From IMG/VR virus record IMGVR_UViG_3300042507_004023: 64,000 bases of DNA. One strand, given 5' to 3'. Shown piece after piece: positions 7,965 through 17,075 of this stretch (the first letter of the stretch is position 1; each line of letters opens with the position of its first letter). The DNA comes from a virus. Both the position numbers and the translations under genes were made by a program. The notes under the pieces are model-generated. The model searched no databases, was not told the origin of the DNA, and saw only the letters and a program-made list of their open reading frames with translations.

Positions 7965-8405
7965 ATGTCTTCACTAATTGATTCGTTTATTGAAATTGAT
8001 CTTCCCGCTCCCGAGAATTTCTTAAAGGTTAAGGAAACCCTTACCCGAATTGGAATTTCCTCAAAAACTGAGAAAAAATTGTTTCAGTCTTGTCACATTT
8101 TGCACAAGAGGGGCAAGTATTATCTCGTTCATTTCAAAGAATTGTTTATGCTTGACGGTCTGCCCACAGATTTTCCTGATGCAGATAAAGCAAGAAGAAA
8201 TACCATTTGTAACTTGCTTGCCGAATGGAAATTGATTACAATTAAAGACCCAAGTAAAACCAAAGAACCAGTTGTTCCAGTTTCTTACTTGAAAATTTTA
8301 CCGTTCGGTCAGAAGAATGATTGGCAATTGGTTCCAAAGTATAACATTGGAAGAAAAAAATCTTCATCAAGTTACGAAACTTACGATCCTGATGCAGAAG
8401 AATAA
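7965..8405 (+). CDS. regA: Translational repressor RegA
   Basis: FLKVKETLTRIGISS...LFQSCHILHKRGKYYLVHFKELF.LDG...RRNTI..LL.EW. Confidence 0.95.
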   Translation: MSSLIDSFIEIDLPAPENFLKVKETLTRIGISSKTEKKLFQSCHILHKRGKYYLVHFKELFMLDGLPTDFPDADKARRNTICNLLAEWKLITIKDPSKTKEPVVPVSYLKILPFGQKNDWQLVPKYNIGRKKSSSSYETYDPDAEE

Positions 8406-8438
8406 CAATAAATAACTACAACCTTTTTATATCATGCC

Positions 8439-8975
8439 ATGAGTGACTTGACCCTAAAGTATAATAAGTTATGGATTGATTCTTTCGATCCCGTATTCGC
8501 AACCGAACAATCTGCCTGTTTTGATATCAAAGCATATTTTGGTAGCAAAACACGGATTGTCGATGCTTACGATAAAAACAACACACCCCACAAACTACTT
8601 GCGGCGTTTGAGCGTTCAGACTCTCCGCCGTTCTTGATGATTCCTCCTGATGGAGTTAGAGTTCTTATTCCCACAGGAATCGTGTTTGATATTCCTGAAG
8701 GATACTCGGTTCGTTTACACGCCCGAAGCGGATTGGCAATTAAAGGCGGCATTGTGCTTGCCAATTCAGAAGGAATAATTGATTCGGATTACACCGATCA
8801 ACTTATGGTAGCGGTTATGAATTTGTCAAACACGCCAGTTCGTGTTACTCATGGCGACCGAATTTGTCAGGGGGAAATGATTCCTGTTTTGAAATACTCG
8901 CTACACCCCACCGATGAGCGAGTTCAACCCAAGACTAGCCGAAAAGGTGGATTCGGCTCTACCGGAGTTTCTTAA
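8439..8975 (+). CDS. dut: Trimeric dUTPase
   Basis: ACFDI, ARSGLA, GIIDSDY, GDRICQG, RKGGFGSTG. Confidence 0.95.
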   Translation: MSDLTLKYNKLWIDSFDPVFATEQSACFDIKAYFGSKTRIVDAYDKNNTPHKLLAAFERSDSPPFLMIPPDGVRVLIPTGIVFDIPEGYSVRLHARSGLAIKGGIVLANSEGIIDSDYTDQLMVAVMNLSNTPVRVTHGDRICQGEMIPVLKYSLHPTDERVQPKTSRKGGFGSTGVS

Positions 8976-8976
8976 A

Positions 8977-9453
8977 ATGACACGCGATGAACTTTTAAAT
9001 ATGCATGAAATGATTTGTGATAAGGGTCGCAGCCTGATGCGTAAAAAGAATGCTGATTACGCTGGCAACGATGGATTGGAGCCTTTTGCAAATTTCACCC
9101 GAGTAGAAGCAATGGGTATTTGCAGCACAGAACAAGGATTCTTGGTTCGCATGACCGATAAGATGAGTCGCCTTTCATCTTTTGTTGAATCTGGAAAATT
9201 GGCTGTTGAAAATGAATCTTTCGAAGATACCATAATTGATATTGTAAACTACTCGGTTTTGATGTATGCTTATCTACATGACAAGAAAGCCCAATCTGCT
9301 CCCCTGTTCATTGCTGATGTTAAGCCTTCTGATGTTGTTCACACCAACGGCAATGGCTGCTGCAAAACCACAATCAAGCAAGACGACCCCACAAGACCTC
9401 TACAAACCTATTACATTTCCTCTCCGTGGAAAGACACCACAAGAAACTCGTAA
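8977..9453 (+). CDS. Nucleotide-modification-associated domain protein (DUF1599/Nmad-like)
   Basis: LMRKKNADYAG...PFANF...RMTDKMSRL...EDTIIDIVNYSVL; its C-terminal tail overlaps the next gene. Confidence 0.75.
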   Translation: MTRDELLNMHEMICDKGRSLMRKKNADYAGNDGLEPFANFTRVEAMGICSTEQGFLVRMTDKMSRLSSFVESGKLAVENESFEDTIIDIVNYSVLMYAYLHDKKAQSAPLFIADVKPSDVVHTNGNGCCKTTIKQDDPTRPLQTYYISSPWKDTTRNS

Positions 9454-9784
9454 GTTCCTTGATGCAATACGCCAAGTAGAAAGTCAAGGAAACGATAAGG
9501 CTGTGGGAGACTACGGCAATGCTATCGGTAGTTATCAGGTTTGGCGGGACTACTGGCAAGATGCGGTAGACTATGACAAAACTATCGGAGGTAAGTATGA
9601 GAACTGCTTTAATCGAAATTATGCGGAGCGTGTTGTTGTGGCTTATCTCAACAGGTATGCTCCTGAAGGCGCATCTTGGGAAACCTTAGCCCGTATTCAC
9701 AATGGTGGGCCTAAAGGTTACAAGATTAAAGCCACGGAAAAGTATTGGAAAAAGGTGAAGCGTGAACTCGAAAAGCAAAAGTGA
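9278..9784 (+). CDS. Invertebrate-type (destabilase-like) lysozyme with an N-terminal signal peptide
   Basis: AIRQVES, G.YQVW..YWQDA, YLNRYA, LARIHNGGP.G...T..YW.KVK; leader LLPCSLLMLSLLMLFTPTAMAA. Confidence 0.8.
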   Translation: MTRKPNLLPCSLLMLSLLMLFTPTAMAAAKPQSSKTTPQDLYKPITFPLRGKTPQETRKFLDAIRQVESQGNDKAVGDYGNAIGSYQVWRDYWQDAVDYDKTIGGKYENCFNRNYAERVVVAYLNRYAPEGASWETLARIHNGGPKGYKIKATEKYWKKVKRELEKQK

Positions 9785-10697
9785 ATCGGTAGACATTATT
9801 GAGCGAACCAAGTCTTACGACAAAGAACATTGTTGGCAGTATGATATACGCTTAAACAATCTTCAACAAGATTTGGCGGAAGCCGACCTGTCTAAAGAAC
9901 AAGCAGCCGAACTGCGTGTTTCCGATTTCATTTTCAAACCGCTTACAACGGAAGCCGAGAAGCGGGAAGCCACAGAATTCATCAAGCGTCACGAATGGCT
10001 TGGCAATCTTTCTCAATACACCACGCATTGGTTTGGGGCGTATTATCATGCTCCAAATCAAGGATTGATAGGCAAAGATATCATGGCGGGAGTTATCCTG
10101 ATGAATTTGCCGAACGCTTTCTCAAAACTGCTTGGCGAAAATACCAAAGAGATTGAACGATTGGTTAGCCGTGGTGCTTGCGTATCATGGAGTCCAAAGT
10201 GTTTGGCTAGTTCTTTTCTGATGTGGAGTATTAATTGGATGGTTAAGAATACGCAGTATCGGTTGTTTACTGCTTACTCTGACCCGACTGCGAAAGAGTT
10301 GGGAACCATCTATCAGGCTTGTAACTTCTATTACCTTGGTCAAGATTCAGGAACCACAACTAGGTATATCAATCCGTATACCGGCAAAGTAGTGAGCGAC
10401 AGATTCTTTCGTGTGCGTAGTGCATACAAGAAGTATGCGAAAGAGTTGGGCATTTCTTGGGAAAAGGATTGGAACAACGACCAAAAGATACTTTGGGAAA
10501 ATATCCCTGATGAGATTGAGCAGCGGTTGCGAGAGCATTCCAAGGAAAAGCAGAAGACATCAATCAAAGTGGAAATGCCTAGCAAACATAAGTATGCGTT
10601 TGTGTTGGGCAGAACTAAAGCAGAAACCAAGAAACTACGGCGAGAGTTTGAGGAGCGTAATCCTCCGAAGCCGTATCCAAAGCAACGAGGCAAATAA
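9762..10697 (+). CDS. Mom-like (GNAT-fold) DNA modification protein
   Basis: FIKRHEWLG...AYSDP...GTIYQACNFYYLG matches the Mom-family (S/A)YAD...G.IYQA.N(W/F).Y.G motif. Confidence 0.65.
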   Translation: MNSKSKSESVDIIERTKSYDKEHCWQYDIRLNNLQQDLAEADLSKEQAAELRVSDFIFKPLTTEAEKREATEFIKRHEWLGNLSQYTTHWFGAYYHAPNQGLIGKDIMAGVILMNLPNAFSKLLGENTKEIERLVSRGACVSWSPKCLASSFLMWSINWMVKNTQYRLFTAYSDPTAKELGTIYQACNFYYLGQDSGTTTRYINPYTGKVVSDRFFRVRSAYKKYAKELGISWEKDWNNDQKILWENIPDEIEQRLREHSKEKQKTSIKVEMPSKHKYAFVLGRTKAETKKLRREFEERNPPKPYPKQRGK

Positions 10698-11098
10698 TGA
10701 GTGAAATTAAACCATTCGGATATTCTTACTATTTGGACATGTATAATTGTCGCGTCGGTGCAGCCGATGATTTGGAGTTGCACTATCGTTTTCTTGAGCG
10801 AGTTGTAGACAAGATTGGCATGACACGCATGAGTCAGCCTGTAGTAATGCACGGCCCAACCAATCACGGCACGGAACTATATCCCGACAAGGCAGGAGTG
10901 AGCGGTTGGGTTCCACTCATTGAGAGTGGTATTCAAATTCACTCAATGGAGCCAAAGCGATTCATCACGCTTGATGTTTATTCGTGCAACAAGTTTGACA
11001 AGGATATCATTTTGAATTATGCTAGAGAATGCTTTGGCTTTGCGTGGCACGAAGAGCAGTTCTTTGTGCGTGGAACCAAATATGGAGATATCGCGTGA
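10697..11098 (+). CDS. speD: S-adenosylmethionine decarboxylase proenzyme family
   Basis: GVSGWVPLIES-GIQIH...FITLDVYSC; the E/S autocleavage site is present. Confidence 0.8.
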   Translation: MSEIKPFGYSYYLDMYNCRVGAADDLELHYRFLERVVDKIGMTRMSQPVVMHGPTNHGTELYPDKAGVSGWVPLIESGIQIHSMEPKRFITLDVYSCNKFDKDIILNYARECFGFAWHEEQFFVRGTKYGDIA

Positions 11099-12042
11099 AC
11101 ACACATCGCATAATTCTTGGTGATTGTATTGCAGGCATGAAGACGCTGCCAGATGGCTGCATTCACACTTGCGTAACTTCCCCACCGTATTTCGGCTTGC
11201 GTTCCTACGAGGGTGGAGATGAGGAAATCGGTCAGGAAGAAACTGTAGAAGAGTATGTGCAGAAGATGGTGGAGGTGTTCCGCGAGGTGCGTCGTATTCT
11301 TCGTGATGACGGAACACTTTGGTTGAATCTTGGCGATTCTTACATGGCAGCAAAGAATTGTGCTCCTCCACCACAAACCATCGGTGGTCAGCGTGGTATG
11401 CCAACCGACTTTGTGCCAGGCAATCGTAAAGACCAAAAGGGATTGAAGACGAAAGACCTGATTGGAATTCCGTGGCGAGTAGCGTTTGCCCTGCAAGCCG
11501 ATGGTTGGTGGCTGCGTCAAGATATTGTTTGGCACAAGCCTAATCCTATGCCTGAGAGTGTTACCGACCGATGCACTCGTGCTCACGAATACATTTTCAT
11601 GCTCTCCAAGAAATCGCACTACTATTATGACCATGAAGCCATCAAGGAGACCGCTGTTAGTGCTCCGCATGCTCCTGGCAACAAGAATCGCACACAACCT
11701 GAAGATAAGGGAGCCCGTGACCCTGCTTTAGAGCCTGAGCGATTGTGGGGTGCAGACGGCAAAAAGAACAAGCGTTCCGTATGGACTGTGAACACCAAGG
11801 GATACAAGGGCGCGCACTTTGCGGTGTATCCCAAGGAACTAATTACTCCATGTGTTCTTGCAGGTTCGCCTGTTGGTGGAACGGTATTTGATCCGTTCAC
11901 AGGCAGCGGCACAACCGCTGTGGTGGCGTTAAACAACGGTAGAAATTATATTGGCACAGAACTGAACCCCGAGTATGTTAAGATTGCGGAAGACCGAATT
12001 CGTGAAGAAGTGGCAAACTCATTACAAGGATTTTTAGCATGA
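11095..12042 (+). CDS. DNA amino-methyltransferase, beta class (N4-C/N6-A)
   Basis: TSPPY, LWLNLGDSY, DIVWHKPNPMPES..DR, DPFTGSGTT, GTELNPEY; GTG start overlaps the previous stop. Confidence 0.92.
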   Translation: MNTHRIILGDCIAGMKTLPDGCIHTCVTSPPYFGLRSYEGGDEEIGQEETVEEYVQKMVEVFREVRRILRDDGTLWLNLGDSYMAAKNCAPPPQTIGGQRGMPTDFVPGNRKDQKGLKTKDLIGIPWRVAFALQADGWWLRQDIVWHKPNPMPESVTDRCTRAHEYIFMLSKKSHYYYDHEAIKETAVSAPHAPGNKNRTQPEDKGARDPALEPERLWGADGKKNKRSVWTVNTKGYKGAHFAVYPKELITPCVLAGSPVGGTVFDPFTGSGTTAVVALNNGRNYIGTELNPEYVKIAEDRIREEVANSLQGFLA

Positions 12043-12302
12043 ACAAGTTGAGACCGATTGGTAAGTGGATTGAAGTGCAGACTGTTGGTGGTGGTGAAAA
12101 GAAGACCTCGGAAGGTATCATCTACACCGAGAAGATTAACTCACAATTGGTGTGGAGCACGGTGATTTCTGTTGGTGATAAACTCACCGAAGATGTCAAG
12201 GTTGGCGACAAGGTGCTGTGGGATATTTCTAAGATTCGTGGACAAGGATACGGCAGAAACAATCTGATTCATCAGGATTGGATTTCTATGGTTGAACGAT
12301 GA
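12039..12302 (+). CDS. GroES-like co-chaperonin
   Basis: LRPIGKWIEV...EKKTSEGII...TVISVG...VKVGDKVL. Confidence 0.75.
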   Translation: MNKLRPIGKWIEVQTVGGGEKKTSEGIIYTEKINSQLVWSTVISVGDKLTEDVKVGDKVLWDISKIRGQGYGRNNLIHQDWISMVER

Positions 12303-13018
12303 GTATCTTCGGCATAAAAAATGCTGACTCAAAACAGATATTAAAAACTCTGCCCTCAGATTGGGCAGATGTTTGTTTTGTAAATCCACCCTGGTGGCGG
12401 ATCGCAAGATATGATGGTAGTCTTGGAACAGAATTAACCTTAGACGAGTATTGCCAGCATTTGATGGAATTTTTTATAGAGGTCAAACGAGTCATAAAAC
12501 CATCAGGATGTGTTTGGCTAACAGGTAATAAAATTAGAAAATCAAATCATCTTCGTTACGCTTCACCAAAGCCTGGTATTGCTAGAACTTTTTCTCGTGT
12601 TTGTGATTATCTTGAAAAAGATGGTTGGACGATTCAGGAGGAAATTGTTTGGCATTTTTCTAAAGGTATGACAGAATCGTTCAAACAAAATGATATAGCA
12701 CCAAACACACATGCTTATATTGGATTGTTGACAAAGAGTAATTACTGCGCTTTTGATCCAAACAAAGTTCATGCAAAATTTAAAGATACAAGTGTTTGGA
12801 CGGATGATGCTCCAAAAGTTTCAAAGTTTTATTCAATATCTCCAAAAATTGCTGAGTCTTGTATTCTAGCCACCTGCCCACCAAGAGGAATTGTGTTAGA
12901 TATCTTTGCAGGAAGCGGAACTTGTGGTATAATCTGTAAGACACACGGACTAAATTATTTGGGTATAGAGATAGATCAAGAAACCGCAAAAATTGCACAG
13001 GATAGGATAACAGATTGA
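12299..13018 (+). CDS. Second beta-class DNA methyltransferase (divergent)
   Basis: VNPPW motif IV, IQEEIVW, SVW, VLDIFAGSGT, GIEID; AT-rich. Confidence 0.8.
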   Translation: MSIFGIKNADSKQILKTLPSDWADVCFVNPPWWRIARYDGSLGTELTLDEYCQHLMEFFIEVKRVIKPSGCVWLTGNKIRKSNHLRYASPKPGIARTFSRVCDYLEKDGWTIQEEIVWHFSKGMTESFKQNDIAPNTHAYIGLLTKSNYCAFDPNKVHAKFKDTSVWTDDAPKVSKFYSISPKIAESCILATCPPRGIVLDIFAGSGTCGIICKTHGLNYLGIEIDQETAKIAQDRITD

Positions 13019-15552
13019 AATTTTACACCCATGTTGCTGTTAGAGGTTCTCATATCCTTTATCGTGGATACGAGAACGGTAAGCGGATAGCCGAAAAGGT
13101 TCCGTTCATGCCTACTTTGTTTGTGCCTGCAAAAGGCAAGAAGACGGAGTGGCAAACTCTTGACGGCAAGTATGTTGAGCCTTTCAAGCCAGGTTCCATC
13201 CGCGATTCCAAGGATTTCATTAATGAATACAAGGGAGTGGCAGGCTTTGAAATATTCGGAAATACGGAATGGTTGTATCAATACATCGGAGAAGCGTTTC
13301 CTGATGAAGTGGAATACGACCCATCTAAACTAAAGGTGGCTTTTATTGATATTGAGACGGAATGCGAGGGAGGCTTTCCGTCCATCAAGACTGCAACCGA
13401 ACGAGTGAACGCTATCACTCTCAAGGTAGGCAACAAGGTATTGGTGTTTGGATTGGGTGAGTTTACGATTCCTGATGCGAAGTGTTTCCAATACGACGAT
13501 GAGAAGCACATGTTGCGAGACTTCCTTGCAGCATGGGAAGCAATGGATATAGACATTGTGACAGGATGGAATGTCAACTTCTTTGATATTCCGTATCTTG
13601 TGAATCGTATCACTCGCCTGTTTGACGAGAAGGAAGCCATGCGTCTTTCTCCTTGGCGAGAGATTCGTTCCCGCGAAGTGGAAGTAATGAACAAGAAGAA
13701 CGAGGTATATGACCTGCTAGGCATCGCTACCTTGGACTACTTTGACCTGTATCGTAAGTTCACTTATGTGACCCGAGAAACCTATAAACTCGACCATATT
13801 GTTTGGGTGGAGTTGGGCGAGCGCAAGAAACACTACGATGGGACTCTAGCAGAATTCTACAAGAATGATTTTCAACGATTCATGGAGTATAATCACCACG
13901 ATACTCTGCTTGTAGGAATGCTTGAGAACAAACTCAAATTGATGGAACTTGCTCTAGCACTTGCATATTCCGCCAAGGTGAATCTGAACGATGTGTTCTC
14001 GCAGGTTCGCACATGGGATGCCATCATCTACCATCACCTGACCAAGAAGCGAATTGCGATTCCCATGAAGGGAAATGCGGAAGACAAGGAAGATAAGTTT
14101 GAAGGTGCGTATGTGAAAGACCCTATCGTTGGAGCACACGATTGGGTTGTGAGTTTTGACTTGGACTCGCTGTATCCGCATCTCATCATGCAATACAATC
14201 TGTCGCCTGAAACCAAGACTAGTGCCGGAACTCGCAACAAGTTTAGTGTGAACGACTTCCTCGCGGGTGCGGGTGCGAGCGAAGGCGCGAGAGATTATCT
14301 TGATAACATGCGAGTCAAGAATCTTAGTGTAGCCGGTAACTGTGTAGCATTTCGTAAGGACATACAGGGATTCTTGCCGAAACTTATGGAAACCATGTAT
14401 GAGGAACGCAAGGCTTTCAAGAAGAAGATGTTGGAAGCCAAAGCCGCTCTAAAGAAACTTGTGAATCCTACACCTGAACAGGAAGCACAACTAAAACTTG
14501 ACATCACCAAGTATCATAACTTTCAGTTGGTTCGTAAGATTCAATTGAACTCGGCATTCGGTGCTTGCGGCAATCAATACTTCCGCTACTATGACCAAGA
14601 GATTGCCGAGGCTATCACCATTTCAGGACAGGTATCCATTCGTTGGATTGAGAACGGCTTGAATGGATTCTTGAACAAAACCCTGAAGACAGCAGGAGTC
14701 GATTATGTGATAGCATCAGATACCGATTCTGTATATCTACGATTAGGTTCGCTTGTAAAGCAAGTGATGCCCAACGAAACTGACCCACAAAAGATTACAA
14801 AGTTCTTGAACAAGTTCTGCAACGAGGTGTTGCAGCCGTTCATCGACAAGCAGTATGCTGCTCTTGCAGAACAACAGAATGCCTATGCTCAAAAGATGAG
14901 AATGAAGCGAGAAGGCATTGCATCTAAAGGAATTTGGACTGCCAAGAAGCGTTACATGTTGAGCATTTGGATGGGCGAAGATGATGTTCTTCTAAGCAAG
15001 CCTGAAACTAAAATCATGGGTCTTGAAACCGCGAAGAGCAGCACCCCTGAGATTGTTCGTGATGCTTTAAAGAAAGCCATCGGTATTATCATGGTGGGCA
15101 AAGAATCTGAATTGCGAGAATATGTTGCCGAGTTTAAGACTGACTTCTTTGCTCGTTCGGTGGAAGAAATTGCGTTCCCGCGTGGATGCAACGGATTGAA
15201 AGAGTATCGGGATGACACCACCATCTATCGCAAGTCTACTCCACTTCATGTTAAGGGAGCCTTATTGTATAACCATTGGCTTCGTGAAAAGGATTTAGGA
15301 AAGCGATATCCTAAAATTGGCGATGGTGAGAAAATTAAGTATGTTTATCTGCGAGTTCCCAATCCGATTCGTGACAAGGTTATTTCTTTTTCAGCCGGAA
15401 TTCCCAAGGAGTTTGGACTAGAGGCGAAATACATAGACTATGACACTCAATTTGAGAAGTCGTTCGAAGAACCTCTGAACGCAATCTTAAATGTAATCGG
15501 GTGGCAGATGCGAGAAGTTAGCAGTCTAGAAGGCTTGTTCACATGGACATGA
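13015..15552 (+). CDS. 43: Family B DNA polymerase (T4 gp43)
   Basis: DIETE exonuclease motif, SFDLDSLYPH, KIQLNSAFGA.GN.YFRYY, YVIASDTDS, KKRY; no intein. Confidence 0.97.
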   Translation: MKFYTHVAVRGSHILYRGYENGKRIAEKVPFMPTLFVPAKGKKTEWQTLDGKYVEPFKPGSIRDSKDFINEYKGVAGFEIFGNTEWLYQYIGEAFPDEVEYDPSKLKVAFIDIETECEGGFPSIKTATERVNAITLKVGNKVLVFGLGEFTIPDAKCFQYDDEKHMLRDFLAAWEAMDIDIVTGWNVNFFDIPYLVNRITRLFDEKEAMRLSPWREIRSREVEVMNKKNEVYDLLGIATLDYFDLYRKFTYVTRETYKLDHIVWVELGERKKHYDGTLAEFYKNDFQRFMEYNHHDTLLVGMLENKLKLMELALALAYSAKVNLNDVFSQVRTWDAIIYHHLTKKRIAIPMKGNAEDKEDKFEGAYVKDPIVGAHDWVVSFDLDSLYPHLIMQYNLSPETKTSAGTRNKFSVNDFLAGAGASEGARDYLDNMRVKNLSVAGNCVAFRKDIQGFLPKLMETMYEERKAFKKKMLEAKAALKKLVNPTPEQEAQLKLDITKYHNFQLVRKIQLNSAFGACGNQYFRYYDQEIAEAITISGQVSIRWIENGLNGFLNKTLKTAGVDYVIASDTDSVYLRLGSLVKQVMPNETDPQKITKFLNKFCNEVLQPFIDKQYAALAEQQNAYAQKMRMKREGIASKGIWTAKKRYMLSIWMGEDDVLLSKPETKIMGLETAKSSTPEIVRDALKKAIGIIMVGKESELREYVAEFKTDFFARSVEEIAFPRGCNGLKEYRDDTTIYRKSTPLHVKGALLYNHWLREKDLGKRYPKIGDGEKIKYVYLRVPNPIRDKVISFSAGIPKEFGLEAKYIDYDTQFEKSFEEPLNAILNVIGWQMREVSSLEGLFTWT

Positions 15553-15716
15553 ATGGAATAATTTTTATAACTAGTTTATGCTTTACAATATTAGTGGTTT
15601 TTCACATAATAACCGAACACATTAAAGATAAACGATACCATGAACATGAACTACGAGAAAAACGGAAAAGAGTGAGGGACGCTCTTAAAAGACTTGACTG
15701 GAAACAAAAAGTGTGA
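15549..15716 (+). CDS. Small membrane protein (55 aa)
   Basis: MNGIIFITSLCFTILVVFHII...WKQKV*; ATGA overlap with the gp43 stop. Confidence 0.55.
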   Translation: MNGIIFITSLCFTILVVFHIITEHIKDKRYHEHELREKRKRVRDALKRLDWKQKV

Positions 15717-15722
15717 TACACT
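15694..15722 (+). promoter_or_regulatory. Sigma70-like early promoter for uvsX and the glycan island
   Basis: TTGACT-17 nt-TACACT. Confidence 0.55.
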
Positions 15723-15742
15723 AATACAATGGAGAATACACA

Positions 15743-16810
15743 ATGAGTGACTTTTTAAAGAGTATGATTCGTGCGTCAGGTAATGAGTTTGCTTCGCTAG
15801 CCGAAGATGGAGTTGAAGGAGATATCACGGGCTTTGTGGATACTGGCTCGTATTCTTTCAACGCTCTTCTGTCAGGCTCGTTGACTGGCGGTATTGCCAA
15901 CAATAAGATTCTAGGTATTGCAGGCGAGTCTGCCACAGGCAAGACCTATTTTGCTTTGGGTATCGCCGCACAGTTCTTGAACGATAATCCCGAAGGAGCG
16001 ATTCTTTACTTTGACTCCGAGCAGGCTGTCACTAGCGACATGATTAAGTCACGCGGACTTGACCCGAATCGCGTTGCCGTATTCCCTGTGGCAACCGTGG
16101 AGCAATTCCGTCATCAGTTGCTGCAAATTATTGATAACTACGGCAAGTTGGATGAGAAGAAGCGTAAGCCGTTCTTTGTGGTGTTGGATTCGCTAGGCAT
16201 GTTGAGCACCAGCAAGGAAACCAACGACACGCTTGAAGGCAAGGAAGTGCGAGACATGACCCGTGCTCAGGTTATCAAGGGTGCGTTCCGTGTGCTTACT
16301 TTGAAGTTGGGTCTGCATAACATTCCTATGATTGTTACGAATCACACCTACGAGGTAGTTGGTGCGTATGTGCCAACCAAGGAGATGGGTGGTGGCACAG
16401 GACTAAAGTATGCGGCTTCAACCATCGTTTATCTTTCCAAGAAGAAGCACAAGGTGGATGACGAAGTGGTTGGCAATATTGTTCATTGCAAACTCTACTA
16501 GGGTCGTCTTACCCGAGAGAATAAGATGATTGATGTTCTTCTAACCTTTGATAAGGGACTTGACCGATACTACGGTTTGGTTGACCTTGCTCTGAAGCAG
16601 GGAGTGTTCAAGAAGGTTTCCACCAAGATTGAATTGCCAAACGGCACAACCGCCTTCGAAAGCCAGATTGTGAAGAATCCAACCAAGTATTTCACCGAAG
16701 AAGTGATGAAGGCTTTGGAAACAGCAGCAGCCAAGGAGTTCAAGTATGGCTCCGACCAGGAAGGAGCAAACACCAATGAACCCTCGGAAACCGTTGAAGC
16801 GGAAGGATGA
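15743..16810 (+). pseudogene. uvsX: RecA-like recombinase UvsX interrupted by one in-frame TAG (16499-16501)
   Basis: [50 protein letters not shown]. The frame continues past the TAG as GRLTRENK...GLDRYYGL, giving 355 codons. Confidence 0.85.
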
Positions 16811-17075
16811 GATAATCGTCTATCCTGAGTTTGAAGCCGCGTTCTTAGGCAACCTGCGTAAGTTTGGTCAGACCATGCCTGTGGCTGTTTATGACTACGA
16901 GAAGTGCTTGGACATTTTGGTGGCGCAGGGTATGGATGTGGTTGATGCCTACGAGTGGTTAGAGGTTAACACTCTAGGCGGCTATCTTGGTGAAGGAACT
17001 CCTGTGCTCGTTAACCGCTGCACTATAGAGGAATTCCACGAGGAGGCAGAACTACATGGCGAAACTTCTGATTAA
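16776..17075 (+). CDS. Conserved phage hypothetical protein
   Basis: ATG after AGGAG; AVYDYEKCLDIL...AYEW.E.NTLGGYLGEGTP family pattern. Confidence 0.75.
   Translation: MNPRKPLKRKDEIIVYPEFEAAFLGNLRKFGQTMPVAVYDYEKCLDILVAQGMDVVDAYEWLEVNTLGGYLGEGTPVLVNRCTIEEFHEEAELHGETSD

Noticed and set aside
11017-11697. 226-aa antisense ORF and other short antisense ORFs across the window
   Set aside because: They lie opposite well-supported genes and show no motifs or initiation signals.
16526-16810. Independent 94-aa gene downstream of uvsX
   Set aside because: It is the in-frame C-terminal domain of UvsX after the internal TAG, with only a weak RBS.
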